The notes beneath the pieces were generated by a model. The model was not told the origin of the DNA. It was given only the letters and a program-made list of their open reading frames with translations, and made no database searches. A stretch of DNA of 64,000 nt from Callorhinchus milii (lineage: Eukaryota): contig NW_024704743.1 in NCBI RefSeq assembly GCF_018977255.1, positions 83,206,001 to 83,270,000 of the forward strand. Reading direction: 5' to 3'. Positions 12,966 to 22,141 of the stretch are shown here, one piece after another; the first letter of the stretch is position 1; every line of letters begins with the position of its first letter. The position numbers and the translations under genes are program-made.

Positions 12966-13052
12966 CAAGTGCTGGAAATCTGAAATAAAATGCTGGAAAT
13001 GTGCAGCAGGTCAATCAGCATCTGAAAGAGAAAGTCGAGTTACACTTTCAAA
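12966..13052. mobile_element. Penelope-like pseudo-LTR remnant
   Basis: tgctggaaatctgaaataaaatgctggaaat..cagcaggtcaatcagcatctg..agagaaag is similar to the element at 50705-50860. Confidence 0.6.
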
Positions 13053-15000
13053 AGTGTTTAATTTACTGCAATGAAAAGTTATGGATTTTATTAACCCATA
13101 AATTTGGCTGACTGGAGGAAAATCTTTTAAATTCCAGACATGTTTGAGGTAGTTTTCATTTATTCTCCCTCATTAAAATCTCTTTTAAAGATGTGAATGA
13201 GAGCGTTATTTCTATCAATGCATTCAAGTGGAATACAATGTACAGCATCTGCAGGTAATGACAGGCATCGTTCTCAACAGTAAAATAAAAGCAGATCAAA
13301 TCATATTTGACGTAATGATCCAACCTTCACTTTGGGGGAAAAAAAAGTCTGCAAGGCTCTTGTCAACTTGAGCTGTGTATTGTTTACAATTTTTTTTCTT
13401 CCCCACCCTTCAGTTTACACACAGTTTTAGGCCTGGTGGACATCTGGTTTTATTAATGTAATAAATTGTCTTTTTCTGTCAGTCATACAGTGAGAAATGA
13501 AAGGACATAATGCAGACTCGGGATGATGGATTATAAATCATTCAAGATTAAATTACAAGATAATTTGAAAACTTAACAGTTTGCATTTTGCAGTTGGGAT
13601 TGTTTTGCAGACTTGCAGTTTTTTTATGACCATCTTGGATTTTATTAGCAGTTGTTGAGACATCTATCATGTCGTTCTTCTTCTGTTACCAGTGGGCACA
13701 TTTTCACAGGAAGAAGAGTTGCACCATTGATGCCTGCATTAGCTGGTCCAAAAAGATTGCTGTATTTTCATTGACACACAGTGCATTACCATAATTGGCT
13801 TTTCTACATGATAGGACAGAGGAAATAATAATGTCATTTTATTTACAGCTGGAGTGTCCCTTTATGAGACTTCTCCAAGTTTCTGCCATGCTGCGTAGGT
13901 CAAATGACATCTTTTGATCAGTCCTGTCCAAAGATATCAAAGCTGAGTGGCATGTAATGGAGACCTAGTGACAAACCAAATCTAGAGAAGAAATAAGACT
14001 GCCAGTTTCCCATTAAACTGCCTGCTAAACAGCAGAGCTTCACCATGTCTGCTGCGAAACTACCCTGACCACCTAAATCAGTAGAGTGAAAGGAGACTGA
14101 ATTGAACATTAGTACTGCAAATGACTGCAATGATTGCTGCAGCCCCAACCCCCCCCACATCCAAAAATCAGCCAGCAAACGGTGCGAGTTACAGTTCTAC
14201 TGCTCTTATCCTATTTAATTTTTGTTCTGCTTCTTGCTGGTTTTCTGATCCGGTTTATTTAGGTTTGACATCAGCCAAATGGTGTAGCAGGATATCTCTG
14301 ACAGATATTCTTATTGATTTAACAAGTAGCGCACTGGAGAAAAGACATTTCTTTTGAATACTTTTTATTCCCCCTCCTCCTCCCCCTCCTTCTCTACCCT
14401 CCACCAATCTGTTTTGTTCACAGTTGTGACTGTGTGTGATTTTAAAAATAAATAAAAATATTAACATTGACGGTCAGTTTCATTGAGGTCTTCTTGTGGA
14501 CTGGGACGGTGTCTAGCGGTATCTTCTGACTAGTCTCTCAAGTGGCAACACAGGAGATCCTTTGTTCCCTCCCTCTCCCACAGTCTGTTTTCTTTTGCCT
14601 GGTTTGTGTTTATGAAAGCCCTGGGATTTTATTCTTTTTACATAATGCTGATTTTTTTTGTTTTGCTCCTCCTTCCCTCCATCCTCCTTATGCCAGTTTA
14701 TTCTCAGTTTTATACTCTACCATCCAGCAATGATGAGAATAGATGCTGAAATGCGTGCTGTGGTGATTCGGATTCGCTGTGAGCCCCAGGCACGGTGGGC
14801 CTGGCGTCTTTGTCAGCCCAATCTCCTATGCCCTCAATAATGGAGCCAACTTGTGTTCTACCACAGTGTCACCTGTCTAGGTGAGCCATGCCGGTCGCTA
14901 TGTGAAGTGACAGCAAGCTTTGAACGCGACCATCTTGGCTGACTTCTGTGGCGTGATCCATCTTGCAGAAATAACTTATCCGACAAGGTGATGTTTTTCA

Positions 15001-15756
15001 CCATCTGATTGTTAAAATAATTACTGACCAGAATATTCTTGGTAAACTTGCAGCAGATGAGATCCACAGGCTTGTGCTTCAGAGAGAGGCAGAGAGTGCC
15101 TGCATTAGGAGTGCAATGTGAAAATATACTGATCTTTTGAACGGAACATGATTGGGAGGGAGCAGACTTGTGTCTCTCGATGGATGGAGGATTGCGAGAG
15201 GTTGCAGATGACTCTCGCAGTCTGGAGTTTCAGTGTTATATTTACAACCTTTAAACAAGAGTCTAGTTGGCGGCCCTCCATCCTGAGACATCAACGTTCA
15301 CAAAAGCTTTTTGAAAGCTCTGAGGCATCTTGAGCACAGGTCTTCAAAGCTTCTCTTTCCCCCCCACTCCCCCCGCATCTCCCACCAACACACATCTTTG
15401 AATTGTCATTATTATGCAGGATTCAAACGCACTTCAGCTTTTTTTTATTGTCCTTGTAATATTTAAATAAAAGGATGTATAAGATTTTCTAAGAAATCAG
15501 AAGCTAATTAAAGGAGATGCATGATGCAAGTTCTATTTATCTGACGTGTTATGTTTGCTGCAGTTGAAAGGGATTAGAGTTACTGTTTCTTTGAAGACAT
15601 TCTGTACAATCAGATCATATACTATGCTTGGCCCTCTGCCTTGATAACCCAGATGTTTCAACTAAACGTGATTTTTAATTTGTTAAATTAATTATTCCGT
15701 GGTAGGTTTATTTACCAAGAATATTCTGGTCAGTAATTATTTTAACAATCAGATGG
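15001..15756. repeat. Perfect 46 bp inverted repeat (15001-15046 / 15711-15756), 664 bp spacer
   Basis: ccatctgattgttaaaataattactgaccagaatattcttggtaaa and its exact reverse complement; the ORF track shows FTKNILVSNYFNNQM on both strands. Confidence 0.95.
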
Positions 15757-18026
15757 GGTGGGAGGGAGACACAGACTCCACCAGATTCCTAGCTTCCACC
15801 AGGAAACTGTTTTGTAACCATAGAGAATTGTGGACCCTTGTTTGCACAGAGCTCTTCACAATAGTGACAAATACTGTACAATCTTTTCCCGTCTCAATAA
15901 CTCCTTTACACTCTCCATTGCATTTCTTTCTTCTGCTGTTTTGGCTCATGCCAGGTTGTGCCTCTTTATTTGTTTAAACAAATTCATTGAAGCCTGTTTT
16001 ATAAAATGTTTTCCCACTGATGCGTGTGCACTTCATTTGTAACGTAGGTGTAAATATCACCGATCTTCCAATTCCTCGTGGTATTAGCTCTAATACAACC
16101 CCGCCGGCTGTTTCTCATTCCCAGATACATATATGGTGTTTAACCTCAGCTTCTGTTGCTCCCGACAGGGTTTTCTTTAGAGGATAATATTTATTTTACA
16201 CCGCCTAATACAGCATGAATAAAAGTGAGCTGAAGTTGAAATTGGGTATGTTTTTAATTAACTTTTTGACATGCTGAATATACTGAATGATTCTGGAGAA
16301 ACCTTTGTAGTCTAATATTCCCTGCTCTACAAGCCTATGCCACCATGACTGAACATATAGGGGCTGTGCTAATAAAAGGGGTTAAAGCATATATGTTCCA
16401 GCATGCGTTTTGTTACAATTGTGGATATTTATAGCCCTCGTTCCCTTAATATTTATCCTGCTGATATGTCTCTTTTTGTCCAATTGGTTGATAATTCGTC
16501 TTTGCAGTAAATTCAGTGAAGCGCTTTCACACGTCCTTTTCAATGTGAAAGGTGTTATATCAAATGCAATGATAATTATTATAATATTGGAGAATGTTGT
16601 TTGTCAGAGTGAATTTTTTATAATGGCAGAAATAACTTTTTATTAAAAAGGAAACTCTCAGCTTTCGCTGACTCAAATTGAACCATCTGACTGTTCCAAC
16701 TCCTTTTTAAATAATGTTGTCTCCTTGTTGAAGTATAGCATTACAGTAATGAAACCTATCAGTACTGTAACTGGATTTTTACATATTCTCTCCGGTGTGC
16801 TGGGATTCAAAATTCTGCAGCCACAGCTTTATAATTGCTTAATGAACGAGCGAATACGTTTCATTAAAAAGAAAATGACCACGAGTTGAAAGCAGTTCCA
16901 TTTTAACCGCTTGCCGTGAAGGATGTTAGATTTAAATATTAAAAATATGCAAGGCCAGAATAAAATTATGAGGCTTGAGTATCTTCAGGTTAATCCCTTC
17001 TCTGACCCTTTATGTTAAGGAAATATCTTAGTGCAACAGCCTGTCCTCACAGTTCTGAGCATCTCTTCAAGTGGATTTATTTTTAGAATCGTTTATTGGA
17101 TTGTTTTTTTTTGTCTGTACTGAAACATATTTTATGGACTGTGTTACAATGAAGAACCTTTCATTAATCTGCTCAAAGCAAGAATTAATGAAAAAATAAA
17201 CCATAGTTTTTTTGATGGGCTAGGAAGTATCATTTTCAAATCTAGGTATAGAGAAATACTGCGCTGATGAAAGGGGGTGAAAATCAGTATTAAGCAACAC
17301 AGTTGTTGTTGAGCAGTGATGGGCAGCAGTACTGAAGTGCTCTTCTGCATTTAAAAGGACTGCACATTTACCATTTCTGTCTGCTTAAAGCACTTCAAAT
17401 GACCTCAAGTGGCTTTGTCTTATCTCCTTCATATGCAATACCGTACCTTTGTACAGTGCTAGTAAATCGATGTAAAAATTACAATGCTTCCAGTTTCACA
17501 GACAATAACACAAGAAGATAGTAAGAGGAAGCTCAGTGTTTGGCCCATAACCACTACGTAACTATCAATTGAATTAACAAATGTTATTCTGTATGAATAA
17601 AAGTCTTTATTTTGCTATCAATTATTGGTAAAACAATTTGCCGAACTTGCAATTTTCTGTATATACCGCACCTTGGTTTTCTTATTTTCCAACATGTTGC
17701 TGATTTCATTCAGAAAACTATTTCCTATTCATATGATTATCATTCAAATACTGTAGTCCTGAGATGCGCATGTTTCTATTGTATTTAGCATACGGACAGT
17801 ACAGTTAACCCATTGATTTTCAACTTGTGAAAAATTGTGCATCTAAAAAAATATGGGTTGAAGAACTTCGATTTTTATAGCGCCATATCTTGTCAAAATG
17901 TCATGAGGTAATTGAGGGCAAGTGTAGTGACTATTTTTGTAGGCAAATAGTTTCCTTGTAACAAAATGTGCAACATATTCTGAATATTGCTTAGCTTGTG
18001 TCCTTTCAGTTTGTTTTTGTGGACTA

Positions 18027-18510
18027 TTACTATTTTGTTGAAACAATCTTGGCTTTACCATTAGCAGTCTGATCTTTTGATCATGGAGAGTTCAGACCTC
18101 AAAGAACGATCCCATCTTATCTTTGTTAAGAATATATGACACTTCAGTGTAAAAAAGAATCCTTGTTAAATGGATATCTCTCTTAAATGCATAATTCGGC
18201 TCTGTGCACAAGGAATGCATTTAGCAAAGATACACTATTACAGATATGTCCAGTTTAATTAGGCGATAGCACATTTCAACAGTGTTTGAGGATGGCAGCA
18301 CATCTGTCTGCTCAGCAAATGAAAAGACTTATAGACAAGATGGGACTTGATTTAAAAATGTTTTAAAAACACGCAATACAGTTAATTTCTCAGCACAGAG
18401 TAGAAATCGTCCCTAAATTATAATTAATATTGGGGGACAGTGTACACTTACTATTTTGTTGAAACAATCTTGGCTTTACGATTAGCATTCTGATCTTTTG
18501 ATCATGGAGA
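18027..18510. repeat. 63 bp non-tandem direct duplication (18027-18089 / 18448-18510)
   Basis: ttactattttgttgaaacaatcttggctttac(c/g)attagca(g/t)tctgatcttttgatcatggaga; 2 mismatches. Confidence 0.95.
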
Positions 18511-19814
18511 ATTAAATGGTAATTCAATCAAATGAAATTGCCTACTCCTCTCTATTATATTGCCGTATTATATAAAATTTCAAACCATCTTCGTCCTATT
18601 GGATGTGGGGGTGGAGGGGATGGGAAGAAAGACAGAGTCCATCAGTCATACAGCGTGACATGATTGGAATTGTACAGAGTAAATAACTTACTTTCTTGTG
18701 AACATTAAACCCCCCCTTAAAAAAAATTGGAGTTTTTACTATCAGTTGAAATATGTTTGCCCACAAAACACACGGTCACTGAACTGTACCGTATGTTCTA
18801 ATAATACGGGCGCCGAGACGCTACCAAGCATCTGGCTATATAAATGCAAGTTGTTGTTGTACCCTGTGAAGTGCTCAGGGATAGTCTCCCAACATGAAAC
18901 GTGCTATTCCAAATCTAAAGATTATTATTAAATAAATATATTTTTTGCAGTGCTTTATCAATCGTCTGCCGCGTAAAGCACAAGCTCATTAATGCTCCAT
19001 TTGTAGTATTAATAATACTCTCACTTCACTAACACCTTGTTCTTCTGTTGTCCACTTTGTGTGGCTTAACTGCATCTTAATCTGCATTACACACGAAAGT
19101 GTACCACGTGACGAATGCTTGTTTTTAATCGCATCCCCTTGAGCTTTCTGTAACAGAATAAAAATACTTGAGAACTTTTATTTTCATCTTTTATTCGCGT
19201 GTTGTAAATTAGAACATGCCTGTGTAAATTTATTGGAAGCCTCTTTCACAATAATGTTACCACAAATTTACGGGACCTAATTTTTACAGACAGCGGGTCT
19301 GTTTTTCCATCTTCAGTGCCAGTGCAATACTGAAATGTTCAGCATTTTACCTGCACAAAATAGGCTTTATATGGACATGTTTGCATATCACCCGCCGGAA
19401 ACATTTTGTGCTGCATGGGGAATGAGGGGTGTCATGACACTGGGAGCTGAAAAATAGCAATAACATATTGTCACAAGAGAGATTTAGTACGGTCTTTCTC
19501 ATCATTTTGAAAGATGACCTGAAGAAGCGGTGCAATGCAAACAACTGGGAGAGGCGGGAGGTATCCTGTTTCAAGATCCTAGATTTGATACATGTTTTCT
19601 CTGGGGTGCCCAGTGCTTCTTCCCCCTCAACATACATACACCCACATACATCCCCACAATCTCTTTGGGGGTGGGGTGGTCACTGTCACACAGCTAACAA
19701 TAAAGAAAGGATGCAGGTTCAGGGTTGAAAAGGACGATTTCAACAACAACATGCATTTATATAGCGCCTCTCATACAGTGTAGGGTGGAAGAGCGCTTGA
19801 GAAGGATACGGCAC

Positions 19815-19915
19815 TCATTTTAAAAAATGGCTTGATGCTACGATGGGAATACTGTAGGGTGGGTTATTGTGGATCAGCTCAAATGGACAGAAGGGCCTTC
19901 TTAAGTCCCATCCAA
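19815..19915 (+). mobile_element. CR1 3' end remnant
   Basis: cattttaaaaaatggcttgatgctacgatggga...gatcagctcaaatggacagaagggcctt resembles the CR1 FK..LD end and GATGGGCCGAATGGCCT-type tail. Confidence 0.55.
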
Positions 19916-20900
19916 GCCAATCTTAAGATCTTGTGATCTCGGGAAGTACAGTGATACAGTGCTCGATCGCCCATTGCCAACTGATCTCAGAAGCAACATT
20001 GCTCAAGATGTCCATGACCATCTGCCATCTGTTACCTGAGCTGGAATGCTTCGCTCGGGAGACCATTGCAAGGGAGGAACATCAAATAAATCAAAGTTTA
20101 AATGTCTAGCTTTCAATTTCAAGAGTCCTTATTTAAAATAATTTAACTCTGAGGATTGTCTCCATGTATCCTTGCTACACGACACACATTATTGCCAGTG
20201 GTACATACCAGTGCTGAAAGCTGTGTCAGCACCACAGCTCTCTTAATACAATAGCTTTGATTTTGTTCCCCCTTAGCCTACTTTAAGGGGGAGGAAGTGC
20301 ATACCACCAGTTTGTAACATGAAATAATCCTGCTCACTTAGCAATTATTTGCAACTCCCACTCAATAAATCATTCTGCTTTCCCTATCCTGTTACCTGAA
20401 GCTGAAGCATATCAGAAAAGTAAAATAAACTTTCTTTCTAATAAGTATATTCAAAAATTGCAGTGAAAGTTAAAGTAGTTCTGACCTATGAATAAAATAT
20501 TAAAATTAACATTGGGTTGCTAGTGAATATCTCTAGTAGATAATATAATTTTTTATTGTGCATATTTGCAGCTTTACGCAAACTCCACTATATAATCAGT
20601 GTATGCTATTGTAGTTAACCTCGGTTAAAAATGTATTTATCTTTTATTTTAAGGTTTTAACCTTGTGTCTCTGATTAGCTCACTTAACAAAATCACCACT
20701 TATGGTACCATCAAGCCATAGGAATTTACGGCACAGAAGAAGGCCAATTGTCCCATCGTGAAATAGTGGCTCTTCCCCACACCACTGCAAGTTACACCTT
20801 TTTTGAAAGCTAAAATGCATTCTGTTTTGATTATTGCGCCCGGCACCCAGTGGAATCAAATAGAAGCATAAAGACCAAGAAGGTGCCAGGTCCCTAATCG

Positions 20901-21193
20901 GCCCAAATTCAGAAGCCGGTTTTCTATACATCTTAAAAAGAACCAGGTTCCAAATTAATCTCTGCTGAGCTAACTAATGGCAGTAAGAGAGCTGCATTTA
21001 TCCTCAGTTATCTCTGGGTTAGGGAAGGAAAAGAGTAATCTTGGTTTTCCTAGGCCCGAAATTCTACCAAGTCCTAGCTTGTAAGGTCGTTTCACCTTAA
21101 CATTAAAGGTCATATTGTGAAAATTCTTAAATTCTGCCCAAATTCAGAAGCCAGTGTTCTATACATCTTAAAAAGTACTGGGTTCCAAATTAA
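20901..21193. repeat. 58 bp non-tandem direct duplication (20901-20958 / 21136-21193)
   Basis: gcccaaattcagaagcc.gt.ttctatacatcttaaaaag.ac..ggttccaaattaa; 5 mismatches. Confidence 0.92.
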
Positions 21194-21681
21194 GATTAAA
21201 TTTAAGAATTTTGCATCATTTTAGCAATTTCGGGCTTCCCATCTTCAAGTATTGTGACCTCCAGAAAGGTCCAAATGTGTGGATGTTCAGTGATGTTCAG
21301 ATTGTGTTTGGAGCATGTGGATGTTTAGTAATGAGCAGACTGCAAGCTGGCACTTGGCACCGAGGCTCAACCATGAGGAATGGTCATTTGGAAGAGATAT
21401 CAGAGTGCTCCGGGTGCAGATAGAACCGCACACCTGTATGAATCCATGCCCTCAGGAGAGGAGGGAAAAAGAAAAATATTTTGATCCTAATTATCTTCTC
21501 GTAAAACCTCTTTGACTTTACTCCGTGGCTCCTACCTGAGAGAGTGGGGAAGGCGATGTATGGCAGGCAAGTGCTGGTGGAGAAGGAACAGTGATTGTGA
21601 ATGCCATTCTCTAGCGAGCCATTAGGGGGCGTTGAAGTAGAAATCTGATTCTTTCACTAACATTGGTTAAACACACTGTGA

Positions 21682-21810
21682 TGGCAAAAGCTTCACCTTG
21701 ACCTGAAAAACTCAAGCCATTTCCAATACGAGCAGGCAATGGGAGTGGCCACGATCATAGCAGCTAGAACAGCAATGGTGGCGGAGCAGGTTATGACCGG
21801 CACCAGGCTG
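21682..21810 (+). pseudogene. Decayed intronic copy of part of the TSHZ coding exon (source about 22473-22602)
   Basis: ccttgacctgaaaaa...aacagcaatggtggcggagcaggttatgaccggcaccaggctg versus exon ccttgacctgaaaaa...aacagcaatggcggagcaggttatgactggcaccaggctg; has indels; flanked by CTGTGATG at 21676-21683 and 21808-21815. Confidence 0.9.
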
Positions 21811-22104
21811 TGATGTTCTTTCTGATCACACAGTTGACATTAGCCTTTTCCAACAAATGAACTCCAACCGTAAATGCCCTTTGAGTCTGTGGTGGATGGC
21901 AATGCACCAAGTGTGTCACCCCACAGATAATAAACCTTGCATTTAACACATCATCTGTAAGATCAAAAGGTCTGAAAGTACTTTAACAGGTAATTGGTGT
22001 CAAATGAAGTGACTGCTTATTTGTAGACGAACGTGGTAGACGATTTACGCACAATGAATGCTTTATTCTTTCGAGCAGGAAGATGTCCCTGTTCTTGCCT
22101 GCCT

Positions 22105-22141
22105 TAACTCGTTTTATTAATTTGTGGATTTTATTTTTCAG
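22105..22141 (+). other. Splice acceptor region of the TSHZ large coding exon
   Basis: T-rich tract ttttatttttcAG ending at 22141, followed by CG TAC GTT CCT GAG GAA GAG = (A)YVPEEEL, the conserved phase-1 start of TSHZ exon 2. Confidence 0.9.
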
